64,000 bases of DNA from Paenibacillaceae bacterium (GCA_040904605.1 JBBDTA010000109.1:30309-94308); one strand, 5' to 3'; numbered from the stretch's first letter, positions 20,161 through 31,392 are shown. A program made the numbers and translations. Notes: generated from the letters alone by a model not told the origin.

Positions 20161-22523
20161 ATCCGATCACCCACAATTACAGTCTGTTCAATGACAAGGT
20201 GGAATGGACGAGTAAGTGCTTCGTTTAGAACCTGATCCATATGAATGACTTGGACAAACTTCAGGTCATTCCTTACGCTTTCCGGAATATCCTCAATATC
20301 CTTATCATTATCTTTAGGAATAATAATGGTTGTAATACCAGCTCGATGAGCTGCCAGCGCTTTTTCCTTTAGCCCACCGATAGGTAGAACTCGCCCACGC
20401 AGTGTAATTTCCCCAGTCATCGCAACCATACGTGATACAGGAATATTCGTTAAAGCTGATATCAGTGCAGTCGCCATAGTGATCCCTGCTGACGGCCCAT
20501 CCTTAGGAATAGCACCTTCAGGAATATGGATATGAATATCGTTCTTCTCATGGAAGCCCGGGTCGATGTTGAGCTGGGCTGATCTGGATCTCGTATAACT
20601 GAAGGCCGCTTGAGCTGATTCCTTCATCACATCACCTAGTTTACCGGTAAGCGTCAGTTTCCCTGTGCCTGGAAGGACGGTTACTTCAATGATTAGAGTG
20701 TCTCCTCCAACCTCCGTCCAAGCAAGACCGGTTACAGCGCCTATCTGATCTTCCTCTTCAGCCATTCCATAACGGTATTTCTGTGGACCTAAGTAATCCT
20801 TAATGTGATCCGGTAGTAGAACTTTCTCAATTAATTGTGCAGATACTACCTCCTTGGCTGTCTTACGGCAAAGTGTAGCTATCTGTTGCTCTAAGTTACG
20901 AACTCCCGCTTCACGGGTATATTCACGAATAACCTTCAACATGGACACATCATCCATCTGCAGCTGTTCCTCATTCAGACCGTGATCCTTACGCTGCTTC
21001 GGAAGCAGATATCGGTCAGCGATTCGTAGCTTCTCCAATTCGGTATACCCCGGAATGTAGAGCACTTCCATACGATCCAATAAAGGGCGTGGAATGTTAT
21101 GGACGGCATTAGCTGTAGTTACGAACATCACGTTGGATAAATCAAAGGGAACTTCAATATAATGATCACTAAATGTATTGTTCTGCTCTGGATCAAGCAC
21201 CTCTAAGAGTGCAGATGAGGGATCACCACGGAAATCCATAGCCATCTTATCGATCTCATCGAGCAAGAAAACTGGATTGTTCGAACCCGCATTCTTCATA
21301 CCTTGAATAACACGTCCTGGCATGGCTCCCACATAAGTCCGGCGATGTCCTCTAATCTCAGCCTCATCACGAACTCCACCAAGCGACATTCTAACAAATT
21401 TGCGTCCAAGGGATCGAGCAATTGAGCGAGCTAAGGAAGTCTTACCGACACCAGGAGGGCCTACTAAGCAAAGTATAGGCCCCTTTAATTTTTTCACTAA
21501 TTGCTGTACTGCCAAATATTCGAGGACACGCTGCTTGGGTTTCTCCAGACCGTAATGATCTTCATCAAGAATAGCTTCTGCTTTCTTAATATCGATATCA
21601 TCTTCAGTTGACGTTCGCCAAGGCAAACCGATTAGCCAATCCACATAATTCCGAATGACGGCCCCTTCTGCAGAGGTAATTGGCATCTTCTCCAGTCGAT
21701 CGATTTCCTTCTCAACTTTCTCCTTAACCTTATCAGCAAGTGCAAGCTCCTCAACTTGAGCACGGAGCTCCTCAATTTCACCAGTACGTCCTTCTTTATC
21801 ACCTAACTCCTTCTGGATCGCTTTCATCTGCTCACGCAAATAATATTCCTTCTGAGTTTTCTCCATCTGTTTCTTGACACGTTGACTGATTTTACGCTCA
21901 AGCTCTAGAACCTCGCGCTCGTTATTCAGAATATCAAGTAGCTTCTCCAGACGTAGACGAACATCAACCGTCTCTAGGATTTCTTGTTTATCTTTAATTT
22001 TTAAGGATAAATGACTGCAGATTACATCAGCCAACCGACCAGGCTCTTCAATATCGGATACAGCAGCTAATGTCTCTGGTGTTACTTTCTTCGAGAGATT
22101 AATGTAGTACTCAAACTGGTTCAATACAGTACGCATAAGAGCATCGATCTCGGGATCAGCTAACTCCAGCTCGGGCAATAGTTTGACCAACACTTCGAAG
22201 TATTCTTCGGTTGGCAAATACTCTACAATTTCAGCTCGAGTGATTCCCTCGACAAGTACACGAATTGTTCCGTTGGGTAGCTTGAGCATTTGCCGAATCT
22301 TAGCCATTGTTCCTACGCGATAAATGTCGTCCATTGTCGGTTCCTCTATGTTCACCTCTGATTGAGAGCATAGAAGAATGGTATGGTCATCCACCATTGC
22401 ATGTTCTAGAGCCTTAACCGATTTATCACGTCCAACATCAAGATGGAGTACCATGCTCGGATATACAAGTAATCCTCTTAAAGGCAGCAAAGGAATACGA
22501 CGCTTCATCCTGTTAGTTCCCAT
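20157..22523 (-). CDS. lon: ATP-dependent Lon protease (LonA)
   Basis: 788 aa with Walker [10 protein letters not shown] and the protease serine context PKDGPSAG. Confidence 0.97.
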   Translation of the reverse strand: MGTNRMKRRIPLLPLRGLLVYPSMVLHLDVGRDKSVKALEHAMVDDHTILLCSQSEVNIEEPTMDDIYRVGTMAKIRQMLKLPNGTIRVLVEGITRAEIVEYLPTEEYFEVLVKLLPELELADPEIDALMRTVLNQFEYYINLSKKVTPETLAAVSDIEEPGRLADVICSHLSLKIKDKQEILETVDVRLRLEKLLDILNNEREVLELERKISQRVKKQMEKTQKEYYLREQMKAIQKELGDKEGRTGEIEELRAQVEELALADKVKEKVEKEIDRLEKMPITSAEGAVIRNYVDWLIGLPWRTSTEDDIDIKKAEAILDEDHYGLEKPKQRVLEYLAVQQLVKKLKGPILCLVGPPGVGKTSLARSIARSLGRKFVRMSLGGVRDEAEIRGHRRTYVGAMPGRVIQGMKNAGSNNPVFLLDEIDKMAMDFRGDPSSALLEVLDPEQNNTFSDHYIEVPFDLSNVMFVTTANAVHNIPRPLLDRMEVLYIPGYTELEKLRIADRYLLPKQRKDHGLNEEQLQMDDVSMLKVIREYTREAGVRNLEQQIATLCRKTAKEVVSAQLIEKVLLPDHIKDYLGPQKYRYGMAEEEDQIGAVTGLAWTEVGGDTLIIEVTVLPGTGKLTLTGKLGDVMKESAQAAFSYTRSRSAQLNIDPGFHEKNDIHIHIPEGAIPKDGPSAGITMATALISALTNIPVSRMVAMTGEITLRGRVLPIGGLKEKALAAHRAGITTIIIPKDNDKDIEDIPESVRNDLKFVQVIHMDQVLNEALTRPFHLVIEQTVIVGDRI

Positions 22524-22597
22524 TCATAGCACCTCCATTAACAATTTAAGCCCAATTCGTAATACGCAAAATTCAAATGTTTCCTTCATTGTACATT

Positions 22598-22636
22598 CTT
22601 AATTGTAACAAAACTACTTTGCAAACACCAATTAAG
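22598..22636 (-). repeat. 8-bp inverted repeat enclosing leader-motif copy E, overlapping the lonB stop codon
   Basis: CTTAATTG (22598-22605) pairs with CAATTAAG (22629-22636). On the minus strand the 23-nt loop reads GTGTTTGCAAAGTAGTTTTGTTA. Confidence 0.7.
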
Positions 22637-24344
22637 GCTCCATACTTACTGAACCAGCATGTAAAATCGATATGGTTGCAGCAGGAATCGCTTCAATGCT
22701 CGGTATTCTCGGCAATGGATTCGAAAAGGTGCGAGTTCCGAGAACTTGGTCGAAAACTTCATCAAGGGAATCAACCTTGATAATTTGCATATCGGTGTAG
22801 CCTTCAAACATGCGCTGCCAATTTTCACTTGGAATATAGACTGTCTTTACCCCAGCCTGACATGCTGCTTCTATTTTGGCTGCAACGCCTCCTACTGGCT
22901 TTACTTTACCTTGAATGCTCAATTCACCTGTTAAAGCAATCGTATGATCTATGGGTATTCCCATTATAGCGGATGCTATTGCTGTAGCAATAGCTATGCC
23001 AGCCGATGGACCATCGATTGGTAGCCCCCCAGGAAAATTAACGTGTAAATCATAATCTGCTGTGTGTAAGCCGTATTGACGAAGTACTGTCATAACATTC
23101 TCTACCGAGCCGCGAGCCATACTTTTTCGTCTCAGGGTCTTATTACCACTCCCAAGCTCCTCTTCGTCTACAATACCAGTCAAGGTAATCCGACCTTCTC
23201 CAGATTGATAAGCAGGTACTGCGCTTACTTCTAGCTCAAGAATAGAACCCATATTAGGGCCATACACGGCTAGTCCATTCACTACGCCAATTAGAGGGGT
23301 TGGATGTATCTTCTTCTCAAAACGAGGAGGAATTTGACTGCTATTGACAACCCATTCCACATCAGCTGCTGACAATTGATCTCTCTTCTCCGTCATGGCT
23401 AGCCCGGACGATAGCTGGATGACATTCACTGCCTCCCGACCATTCGTGGCATACTGCATTACAATGTCTACAGCTTCCTTATTCTCAGGAAATCCAATCT
23501 TATTGATCGCTTTCTTAGCAATTAGACCAATCTCTTCAGGATTTAATGGACGGAAGAATATCTCCATACAACGCGATCTTAATGCAGCTGGAATTTCGTG
23601 TGGATTTCTAGTCGTTGCACCAACGAGTCGGAAATCAGCAGGTAGTCCATTCTGAAATATATCATGAATGTGCTGAGGGATATGAATATCCTCAGAATTG
23701 TAATAAGCACTTTCTAGATGCACCTTACGGTCCTCCAGAACCTTTAATAATTTATTCATCTGTGTGGGGTGCAGTTCACCGATTTCATCAATAAATAGAA
23801 TACCTCCGTGAGCTTTAGTTACCGCTCCAGGCTTCGGTTGTGGTATACCAGCCACCCCCATAGCTCCAGCTCCCTGATAAATCGGGTCATGCACCGATCC
23901 AATTAGCGGATCAGCAATACCTCTCTCATCAAACCGTGCAATGGTTGCATCAATTTCGGTAAACTTAGCATGTAAGCCAAATGGAGACATCGGGTTTTTC
24001 TTTGCTTCATGGAGCAGCACTCGAGCCGCTGCCGTCTTCCCAACACCCGGTGGACCATATATCAACACATGCTGTGGGTTAGGACCACATAGAGCGGCCT
24101 TTAACGCCTTCAACCCCTCCGTTTGACCAACAATATCCGAAAGTGATGCCGGTCTTGTTTTCTCTGATAGAGGCTGTGTTAATGAGATCGTTCGAAGCTT
24201 ACGCAGCTTCTCAAGTTCTTTACGAGACTCTTTATCTATTGCACTTCGACTCGTTCGCTGCCCTCGTAGTAAACCCAAGAAGTATAACCCGATGATCACT
24301 GCAAAAAATACTTGAACGAGCATAATGATCATATTCAAGCTCAT
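22632..24344 (-). CDS. lonB: Sporulation-type membrane-anchored Lon-like protease LonB
   Basis: N-terminal TM helix, AAA+ Walker A GPPGVGKT and protease site DGPSAG. I prefer the start MSLNMIIMLVQ at 24344 (RBS GGAAGGGG, 8-nt spacer) over the ORF-track start at 24437. Confidence 0.9.
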   Translation of the reverse strand: MSLNMIIMLVQVFFAVIIGLYFLGLLRGQRTSRSAIDKESRKELEKLRKLRTISLTQPLSEKTRPASLSDIVGQTEGLKALKAALCGPNPQHVLIYGPPGVGKTAAARVLLHEAKKNPMSPFGLHAKFTEIDATIARFDERGIADPLIGSVHDPIYQGAGAMGVAGIPQPKPGAVTKAHGGILFIDEIGELHPTQMNKLLKVLEDRKVHLESAYYNSEDIHIPQHIHDIFQNGLPADFRLVGATTRNPHEIPAALRSRCMEIFFRPLNPEEIGLIAKKAINKIGFPENKEAVDIVMQYATNGREAVNVIQLSSGLAMTEKRDQLSAADVEWVVNSSQIPPRFEKKIHPTPLIGVVNGLAVYGPNMGSILELEVSAVPAYQSGEGRITLTGIVDEEELGSGNKTLRRKSMARGSVENVMTVLRQYGLHTADYDLHVNFPGGLPIDGPSAGIAIATAIASAIMGIPIDHTIALTGELSIQGKVKPVGGVAAKIEAACQAGVKTVYIPSENWQRMFEGYTDMQIIKVDSLDEVFDQVLGTRTFSNPLPRIPSIEAIPAATISILHAGSVSMEP

Positions 24345-24424
24345 GTTAAAGACCCCTTCCATATTAACCAGTTCATAGCTATTGTTATTATTACCTTCTA
24401 TAAGAGAGGTTAATCGGAGCATTG

Positions 24425-24453
24425 AAAAAACCCTCATTCATCAGAATGAGGAT
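24425..24453 (-). terminator. Rho-independent terminator downstream of ispG
   Basis: Minus strand reads CCTCATTC-TGAT-GAATGAGG followed by GTTTTTTC. Confidence 0.75.
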
Positions 24454-24472
24454 TTGTTATTATAGGAATAGA

Positions 24473-25570
24473 TTAGTGCTTACGACCAGGTATAGAGCCT
24501 GTACGCTCAAATTCCAACACAATCTGATCAATTTCTTTCTTCAATTCATTCACAAGCTCATCTTCTGGCACCTTGCGAATCATCTCACCATAACGGAAGA
24601 GCATACCCTCACCCCGCGCTCCCGCAATACCAATATCAGCCTCACGAGCTTCTCCAGGGCCATTCACAGCGCAACCTAGAACAGATACCTTAATGGGCAC
24701 CTTCACCTTCTCTAGGTATTGCTCAACTTCATTAGCTACAGAGAACAAATCTATATCTAATCTACCGCAGGTTGGGCATGAAACAAGAGTTGGTGCATTA
24801 GCTATGAGACCAAAGGTCTTAAGTAGCTCTTTACATACTTTAATTTCCTCTACAGGATCTGCACTTAATGAGATCCGAATCGTAGAGCCAATACCCATGT
24901 TGAGCAGAACACCTAATCCAGCTGAGCTCTTGACCGAGCCGGCGAATAACGTCCCCGATTCTGTAATACCTAAATGTAGGGGATATTGAATTTTCTGTGC
25001 AGCCAGAGAATAGGCAGCAATCGCCATCGGAACATCCGAAGCCTTCAAAGAAACAATAATATCTTGGAAGTCATATTCTTCTAATACACCAATATGGAAC
25101 ATAGCGCTCTCTACCATAGCTTCTGGAGTAGGATATCCATATTTCTCCAGCAGGTGATTCTCCAGAGAACCGGCATTCACGCCGATCCGAATCGGAATTG
25201 CTCGCTCCTTGCAAGCTTTAACAACAGCCTCGACTTTCTCACGTCGTCCAATATTACCAGGATTAATTCGCACCTTGTCAATACCGTTCTCAATCGCTAA
25301 TAAGGCAAGTCGATAATCAAAATGAATGTCAGATACCAACGGAATGTGAATCTGCTTCTTGATTTCCTTGATGGCTGCAGCAGCTTCTTTGTTATTCACA
25401 GTAACTCTAACTAACTGGCAGCCGGCTTCTTCAAGGCGAAGGATTTCAGCAACCGTAGATTTGACATCAGCTGTCTTCGTCGTACACATGCTCTGCATGA
25501 TGACTTCGTTGCTGCCGCCTATCGTCAGCTCACCGACTCGCACGGGTCTCGTTTCCGTTCTGTGGAACAT
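24473..25570 (-). CDS. ispG: 4-hydroxy-3-methylbut-2-en-1-yl diphosphate synthase (GcpE)
   Basis: GcpE-family sequence with the C-terminal cysteine cluster (SCPTCGR ... [10 protein letters not shown]). I prefer the start MFHRTETRP at 25570 (RBS GGGGAGAG). Confidence 0.92.
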   Translation of the reverse strand: MFHRTETRPVRVGELTIGGSNEVIMQSMCTTKTADVKSTVAEILRLEEAGCQLVRVTVNNKEAAAAIKEIKKQIHIPLVSDIHFDYRLALLAIENGIDKVRINPGNIGRREKVEAVVKACKERAIPIRIGVNAGSLENHLLEKYGYPTPEAMVESAMFHIGVLEEYDFQDIIVSLKASDVPMAIAAYSLAAQKIQYPLHLGITESGTLFAGSVKSSAGLGVLLNMGIGSTIRISLSADPVEEIKVCKELLKTFGLIANAPTLVSCPTCGRLDIDLFSVANEVEQYLEKVKVPIKVSVLGCAVNGPGEAREADIGIAGARGEGMLFRYGEMIRKVPEDELVNELKKEIDQIVLEFERTGSIPGRKH

Positions 25571-25685
25571 AGCGCTCTCCCCTATCCTAAGAAAAAAATA
25601 CATTCTCCCCAATTACACCAAAAACTCCCCCACAGATTTATCCATGGCGGAATTATGGACTTGATTTATGTAGGAGAAGGGAGCA

Positions 25686-26948
25686 TCATGCGCTCTCTTC
25701 TTTACGTTTGACAACCTTGCCATCCTTATTCGATAATTCTGGCTGAGTCTTATCCTGAACAACCTTCTCCGTTATCATGCAATGAGTAACATCATCTCTA
25801 GAAGGCACTTCAAACATGACATCCAGCATGATCCCCTCAATTATAGCACGTAAGCCACGGGCACCCGTATTCCGCTTAATTGCTTCCTTGGCAATGGCCA
25901 CTAACGAATCTGCTTTAAATTCCAGCTTCACATTGTCCATCTCCAGCATCTTCTGGTATTGCTTAACCAATGCATTCCTCGGCTCTGTTAGAATACGGAT
26001 TAATGCATCCTCATCCAACGGCTCCAAGGAGGAGATAATTGGCAAACGACCCACGAATTCAGGAATTAGACCGAATTTGAGTAGATCTTCAGGTAGAACC
26101 AAGGATAAATACTCTCCAGCCTTCAGATCACCCTTGATACTGTCATTACCAAATCCAATAACCTTCTTGCCTATTCTTCGTTTAATCAGCTGCTCTAGAC
26201 CGTCGAATGCCCCACCACAGATGAATAGAATATTCGTTGTATCAATCTGAATGAACTCTTGATGTGGGTGCTTACGACCGCCTTGTGGAGGAACGGAAGC
26301 AACGGTGCCTTCAAGAATTTTTAATAACGCTTGTTGTACACCCTCACCGGATACATCGCGAGTAATAGATGGGTTCTCCGATTTACGGGCAACCTTATCA
26401 ATCTCATCAATGTAGATGATGCCACGCTCAGCTTTCTCTACATCGTAATCGGCTGCCTGAATGAGCTTAAGAAGAATATTCTCAACGTCCTCACCTACAT
26501 AGCCAGCTTCTGTTAATGATGTAGCATCCGCAATAGCAAAAGGTACATTCAGTATCTTCGCAAGTGTCTGCGCCAGAAGTGTCTTACCACTACCCGTTGG
26601 ACCAACCAGCAGGATATTACTCTTCTGTAGCTCAACATCCTCTGTCTTGCTCTGCGAATTAATACGTTTATAGTGATTGTATACGGCTACGGATAGCGAT
26701 TTCTTCGCTTGCTCCTGACCGATGACGTATTGATCGAGTGTGGAGAGAATCTCCTTCGGCTTTGGAACATCCTTCAGATCAAGTTCATCCTCGTGACCGA
26801 GTTCCTCCTCGACGATTTCGGTACATAGCTCGATGCACTCATCACAAATATATACACCAGGACCAGCGACCAGCTTACGAACCTGGTCTTGAGATTTACC
26901 ACAGAATGAACATTTCAATTGACCTTTTTCATCGTTAAACTTAAACAT
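25686..26948 (-). CDS. clpX: ATP-dependent Clp protease ATP-binding subunit ClpX
   Basis: N-terminal zinc finger (CSFCGK ... CDECI) and Walker A GPTGSGKT; 420 aa. Confidence 0.97.
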   Translation of the reverse strand: MFKFNDEKGQLKCSFCGKSQDQVRKLVAGPGVYICDECIELCTEIVEEELGHEDELDLKDVPKPKEILSTLDQYVIGQEQAKKSLSVAVYNHYKRINSQSKTEDVELQKSNILLVGPTGSGKTLLAQTLAKILNVPFAIADATSLTEAGYVGEDVENILLKLIQAADYDVEKAERGIIYIDEIDKVARKSENPSITRDVSGEGVQQALLKILEGTVASVPPQGGRKHPHQEFIQIDTTNILFICGGAFDGLEQLIKRRIGKKVIGFGNDSIKGDLKAGEYLSLVLPEDLLKFGLIPEFVGRLPIISSLEPLDEDALIRILTEPRNALVKQYQKMLEMDNVKLEFKADSLVAIAKEAIKRNTGARGLRAIIEGIMLDVMFEVPSRDDVTHCMITEKVVQDKTQPELSNKDGKVVKRKEESA

Positions 26949-26982
26949 TGAATCACCTCTTTATTTCAGGGTTAAGTCTTCA

Positions 26983-27561
26983 TTATTGAACAATAACTTT
27001 GTCTATCAGACCGTAATCCTTAGCTTCTTCCGCACTCATGAAGTTATCACGATCCGTATCACGTTCAATTTTCTTCAGTGGCTGACCTGTAAAATTTACA
27101 TACATCTCATTAAGCTTCTGTTTGGTACGAATAATCCAGTCAGCGTGAATTTTAATATCTGTAGCTTGCCCTCGCACCCCGCCAAGTGGTTGGTGAATCA
27201 TAACCTCTGCATTCGGCAATGCGAAACGTTTGCCTTTCGCTCCAGCTGTTAGTAGAAGTGAGCCCATACTTGCAGCCATTCCCATACAAATCGTGGATAC
27301 ATCAGGTTTAATAAATCGCATCGTATCCAGTATACCCAATCCTGCGGTTACAGACCCTCCAGGAGAGTTAATATAAAGATGGATATCCTTCTCAGGATCG
27401 TCTGCGGCAAGGAACAATAGCTGCGCAATGACGGCATTGGCAACATCATCATCGATGGCGCTTCCGAGAAAGATGATGCGATCCTTCAATAATCTTGAGT
27501 AAATGTCGTACGATCTTTCGCCACGGTTTGTTTGCTCCACAACGATAGGTACTAAACTCAT
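26983..27561 (-). CDS. clpP: ATP-dependent Clp protease proteolytic subunit
   Basis: 192 aa with the catalytic serine context GMAASMGS and histidine context MIHQP. Confidence 0.97.
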   Translation of the reverse strand: MSLVPIVVEQTNRGERSYDIYSRLLKDRIIFLGSAIDDDVANAVIAQLLFLAADDPEKDIHLYINSPGGSVTAGLGILDTMRFIKPDVSTICMGMAASMGSLLLTAGAKGKRFALPNAEVMIHQPLGGVRGQATDIKIHADWIIRTKQKLNEMYVNFTGQPLKKIERDTDRDNFMSAEEAKDYGLIDKVIVQ

Positions 27562-27603
27562 GCTCCCAACCCCGCTTCCTAGTGTTAAGTAAGTTACAAG
27601 CTC

Positions 27604-27632
27604 ATTTTACCATTATCTAATGGTCATGTCAT
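27604..27632 (-). promoter_or_regulatory. Candidate sigma-A promoter of clpP with a palindrome in the spacer
   Basis: Minus strand reads ATGACA-17 nt-TAAAAT. The spacer contains ACCATTA-GA-TAATGGT (27609-27624). Confidence 0.5.
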
Positions 27633-27665
27633 TTTTTCAGACGATCCTATTTAGTGTAATTAGCG

Positions 27666-27700
27666 AAAAAGAAGGCACGTGATGGAAATATACGTGCCTT
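27666..27700 (-). terminator. Rho-independent terminator downstream of tig
   Basis: AAGGCACGT-11 nt-ACGTGCCTT followed by a T-run on the minus strand. Confidence 0.8.
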
Positions 27701-27713
27701 ACCTTTAATTATT

Positions 27714-29015
27714 TTATGCTACTTCCGTAATAAGCTTGCTACTCTCCACGAGAAGTTTAACGGTTTTTTTTGTTCTTAAGTCTTGTTTGAAATCGTCAAT
27801 TGTACCATTAGACTCGATAATACTGCGGAGCTCATCTGCGGACTTTTTGTAAACCTCTGACAATCTGGTAAGCTCTCCGTTCAGATCTTCTTCGTCTACA
27901 ATTACATTCTCTGCATTCGCGATAGCTTCCAATACGAGCTGGCTGCGAACTCTCTTCTCAGCTTCATCCTTCATCTGTTCCCTAAGCGCATCTTCATTCT
28001 GACCTGAGAATTGGAAGTACATCTCCATATTCATACCTTGCATCCGTAGGCGATTACCAAATTCTTCTACCATTCTATTGACTTCAGTATCAACCATGAC
28101 TGCAGGAATTTCAACCTCAGCAGATAAAGCTGCCTTCTCAATAACTGTTGATTCGATCGTAATCTCATTGTCTTTCAGCTTGCGTTCCTTAAGCTTGTTC
28201 TCAATATCTTGTTTATATTCTTCAAGCGTCTCATATTCACTAACATCTTTAGCAAATTCATCATCAAGCTCCGGTAATTGCTTGCGCTTGATTTCGTGTA
28301 AAGTCACTTTAAAGACGGCTTCCTTACCAGCCAAATCTTCAGAGTGATAAGCTTCAGGGAAAGTCACATTAATATCCTTGACCTCTTCCTTGCTCATTCC
28401 GACAACCTGTTCCTCAAAGCCAGGAATGAAGCTATTCGATCCAAGCTCCAGCGAATGATTGTCGGCCTTGCCGCCATCGAATAGGACGCCATCCACTGAA
28501 CCTTCATAATCGATAATGGCAATGTCGCCATTCTCTACAGTGCCTTCTTCTACTACGATTAATTCAGCACGACGCTTTTGTTGGCTTTCCAATTCACTAT
28601 TAATTTCTTCAGCAGTAACTTCCGCACTCTGTTCAGGAACTTCTAATCCTTTGTATGCTCCTAGCTGTACCTCCGGCTTCACCATTACCTTGGCTTTGAA
28701 TACGAAAGTATTACCTTTCGAAAACTCATCAAAATCGATGTCCGGACGATCAATTGGATCAATACCTGTTTCCTTAACAGCTTCCATATATGCGTCTGGC
28801 AGTATAATATCGATTGCATCTCTATAGAGGCTTTCAATACCAAATTTAGCTTCAAAAATAGAACGAGGTACCTTCCCTTTACGGAATCCCGGAACGTTTA
28901 CTTTCCCCGCTACTTTCTTGAACGCTTTGTCCAGTGCTAAACTGACTTGCTCCGCATCGACTTCTACTTCGAGAACTCCGATGTTCTTCTCTATCTTTTC
29001 CCAAGTTGCTTTCAT
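27714..29015 (-). CDS. tig: Trigger factor (ribosome-associated PPIase chaperone)
   Basis: 433 aa with the ribosome-binding signature GFRKGKVP and a central FKBP-like region. Confidence 0.96.
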   Translation of the reverse strand: MKATWEKIEKNIGVLEVEVDAEQVSLALDKAFKKVAGKVNVPGFRKGKVPRSIFEAKFGIESLYRDAIDIILPDAYMEAVKETGIDPIDRPDIDFDEFSKGNTFVFKAKVMVKPEVQLGAYKGLEVPEQSAEVTAEEINSELESQQKRRAELIVVEEGTVENGDIAIIDYEGSVDGVLFDGGKADNHSLELGSNSFIPGFEEQVVGMSKEEVKDINVTFPEAYHSEDLAGKEAVFKVTLHEIKRKQLPELDDEFAKDVSEYETLEEYKQDIENKLKERKLKDNEITIESTVIEKAALSAEVEIPAVMVDTEVNRMVEEFGNRLRMQGMNMEMYFQFSGQNEDALREQMKDEAEKRVRSQLVLEAIANAENVIVDEEDLNGELTRLSEVYKKSADELRSIIESNGTIDDFKQDLRTKKTVKLLVESSKLITEVA

Positions 29016-29108
29016 TCTATGCTTTCCCCTCCAACGATTACCCTATCCTAGGGTTTAAGAATACCTTGTACATACGGCGATCCGCCTACAGGCCATTATA
29101 ACCATTAC

Positions 29109-29137
29109 ATTATAAGCATAAAACTATTTCTTTTCAA
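29109..29137 (-). promoter_or_regulatory. Sigma-A promoter of tig
   Basis: Minus strand reads TTGAAA-17 nt-TATAAT. Confidence 0.7.
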
Positions 29138-29200
29138 GGTGGGCATCTTGGAAGCTATTAATCGGCCTGTATCATCATATATAATTAGAGAACTGTAACT

Positions 29201-30121
29201 ATGTATGGGAGACTTAAATCTGTGACTAAACCAATAAAGAAACAACAACCAATCATGAACAGGAGAACCTTCTTGAAGCGAAGCAGCTGGGCCACCCTTG
29301 GCTTTCTAGCTACATGTGCGGTTCCATTCTATTCTTATTTCGCTGAGCCTCGTTGGATCGAAACTACTCAGCTTGAGCTTAGCTTACCACGCCTGCCCTC
29401 GGCTTTCGATGGTATGCGGATATTGCAATTCAGCGATCTTCACTATGGATTTTTCTATGATACTACACATCTAATCAAGCTCATATCGACGATTAACACA
29501 CTAAAGCCAGATATGATCGTATTCACTGGCGATTTTTTCGATGCAGAGGTTGTACCTTATGTTCGAGAATGTGTCGAGACTTTGACACATTTAAACTCAG
29601 CACCTCTAGGCTTTTATGCCGTGATGGGTAACCATGATTATTATTCTGGCTACAATCGCTCCGCTCAAGTTATTGAGGTATATGAGGCGGGTGGCTTCAA
29701 GGTACTTCGTAATGAAAGCATCAGAATCAAACGCAATGGCAAGTCGATTCAGATTGCAGGTGTGGATGATATGTTCTTGGGTAAGCCGAATTTAGAACGA
29801 ACATTTCATAAGACTGATCCGAATGTCTTTACTCTCTTCCTGGCTCACGAACCTGAATTTGCAGATCAAGCCACAGATTATCCTATTGACCTGCAGCTCT
29901 CAGGACATAGTCATGGTGGCCAAATCAGACTCCCGTTTGTGGGTGCAGTTATTACACCCCCTGGCGGCAAGAAATTTGTTCATGGTTTACACACATTAGA
30001 TCATCGAACTGGCACGAGGATCATTTATACCAACAGAGGCATAGGCACTGCACATATACCCGTTCGATTTCTATGCCGTCCCGAGATAACCGTATTCACA
30101 TTGCGCAGTATTCAGCGTTAG
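29201..30121 (+). CDS. Secreted/membrane metallophosphoesterase (YkuE-like, twin-arginine-type signal)
   Basis: Calcineurin-like motifs GDFFD, GNHD and GHSHGGQ; RRTFLKRS signal. The start is ambiguous: ATG 29201, GTG 29222 (preceded by GGGAGA) or ATG 29255. Confidence 0.8.
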   Translation: MYGRLKSVTKPIKKQQPIMNRRTFLKRSSWATLGFLATCAVPFYSYFAEPRWIETTQLELSLPRLPSAFDGMRILQFSDLHYGFFYDTTHLIKLISTINTLKPDMIVFTGDFFDAEVVPYVRECVETLTHLNSAPLGFYAVMGNHDYYSGYNRSAQVIEVYEAGGFKVLRNESIRIKRNGKSIQIAGVDDMFLGKPNLERTFHKTDPNVFTLFLAHEPEFADQATDYPIDLQLSGHSHGGQIRLPFVGAVITPPGGKKFVHGLHTLDHRTGTRIIYTNRGIGTAHIPVRFLCRPEITVFTLRSIQR

Positions 30122-30128
30122 AACAAAT

Positions 30129-31052
30129 TTAAGATACAAAAACGGAGGCAATGAAGCTTTTTATTCGTTCATAAGCATGCTCCATCTGGATACGCTGTTC
30201 AGCATCCAAATCATAGCTTGAATTGATAGTTTCCTCGTCAGCAGATCCCGTCATTGTCTCTACTACTGCCTGATGAAGAGCGGCTGCCCAGACCTCAATA
30301 TCATCCTCGTCCATTTGCTGAAGCGGCTTATACAAGGAGGTTCCATATATATAAGCAAGGAATTCCTGCCAAGTATGTTCGACAAAATAAGTCAAATTCG
30401 GATGATGAACCTCACTAACGTCTTTGATACGATGAATCACATGTTGCACCCCAGTAGGGTATTGTTCAAGTTGCAAGGGAGTGAGTGCAATATCAATCTC
30501 CACTTGTTCGCCGCATCTTTGAATCTTCACAGCCCCTGTACAGTGTCTTTCTCGCAGGGTTCTCAGCACTTTAAATTGAACTAATGGATGAAGATCGACC
30601 TGCTCCAGCCATCGTATTAATGTGTCATTAATCTGCGGATGGTCAGCAATTACAAGCTGCTCGAGCGCGACCATTTTTTTGTCTAATCGAGGATCAGACA
30701 GTATGATTTCTAATAGCTTTTTTACGTAGTTAGGATCCTCAGACATCTTAGTATAGAATCGTTGTTTATGTAAATCCTTCTCCGTTACTTCCTCCTCATC
30801 ATCAGATTCAGAATCAGGAGGAACATCTAGCTCACTATATTCAATAAAGGTTGTCCGCAGCCATTCTAGAAGAGCATTCCACTCCTCCGAGGTTTGTTCA
30901 TCGTCATTCCGGCATTGGAGTAGAAATTGAAGCAGCCGCACTGCTTCCTCATACTTCTCTGTTTCCAATAAATGTGTTAGCTCTTCTTGGTAATAGTCGA
31001 TGGTTTTAGGCAGCAGAATCACATTGTCTTTACGTATGCTATCGATGGCCAC
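30129..31052 (-). CDS. Hypothetical acidic helical protein (307 aa)
   Basis: Long ORF with an extended -10 (TGCTATAAT) upstream. The GTG start has an unusually short spacer after AGGAG. No catalytic motif recognised. Confidence 0.55.
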   Translation of the reverse strand: MAIDSIRKDNVILLPKTIDYYQEELTHLLETEKYEEAVRLLQFLLQCRNDDEQTSEEWNALLEWLRTTFIEYSELDVPPDSESDDEEEVTEKDLHKQRFYTKMSEDPNYVKKLLEIILSDPRLDKKMVALEQLVIADHPQINDTLIRWLEQVDLHPLVQFKVLRTLRERHCTGAVKIQRCGEQVEIDIALTPLQLEQYPTGVQHVIHRIKDVSEVHHPNLTYFVEHTWQEFLAYIYGTSLYKPLQQMDEDDIEVWAAALHQAVVETMTGSADEETINSSYDLDAEQRIQMEHAYERIKSFIASVFVS

Positions 31053-31156
31053 CAGCTCCTAACTGTGGGCGATGTATTATATTTGCTCTACTATTATAGC
31101 ACGACTTACTTGCACAACTAAAATAACAATTTAAATAAATACTAAGAATAGGAGTG

Positions 31157-31185
31157 TTGATTTTCATTTAATCATATGATATGAT
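31157..31185 (+). promoter_or_regulatory. Sigma-A promoter of the tRNA pair
   Basis: TTGATT-17 nt-TATGAT, 25 nt upstream of tRNA-Gly. Confidence 0.7.
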
Positions 31186-31209
31186 GTTTCTTGCTGCAAA
31201 CGGGAACGT

Positions 31210-31283
31210 GCGGGTGTAGTTCAGTGGTAGAACGCCAGCTTCCCAAGCTTGAGGCGAGGGTCCGATTCCCTTCACCCGCTCCA
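31210..31283 (+). tRNA. tRNA-Gly, anticodon CCC (CCA encoded); non-canonical features
   Basis: Hand-folded cloverleaf with acceptor GCGGGTG/CACCCGC, D arm GTTC-AGTGGTA-GAAC and anticodon loop TTCCCAA. There is a C28-U42 mismatch in the anticodon stem, and the T-loop reads TCCGATT (C at position 55). Confidence 0.75.
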
Positions 31284-31301
31284 TTGCAATAATTATGTTG
31301 T

Positions 31302-31375
31302 GTCCCAGTAGCTCAGCTGGATAGAGCAGCGCTCTTCTAAGGCGTCGGTCGGGCGTTCGAATCGCTCCTGGGACG
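31302..31375 (+). tRNA. tRNA-Arg, anticodon UCU (no encoded CCA)
   Basis: Acceptor GTCCCAG/CTGGGAC, anticodon loop CTTCTAA, T arm GGGCG-TTCGAAT-CGCTC; 74 nt. Confidence 0.9.
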
Positions 31376-31392
31376 TATAGTTTCAATCATCA

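Noticed and set aside
24345-24437. Longer ORF-track starts for lonB, and likewise for ispG (25612), ispH (52735), the TrxB-like gene (46507), speD (18580), glnA (50293), aroF (51604), liaF (55 nt region ending 59755) and rph (35216).
   Set aside because: In each case an internal start has a properly spaced Shine-Dalgarno and matches the conserved N-terminus of the family. The extensions lack an RBS or overlap upstream signals.
31168-31386. 72-aa minus-strand ORF from the ORF track.
   Set aside because: It lies entirely antisense to the two well-folded tRNA genes, so it is an artefact of an open frame.
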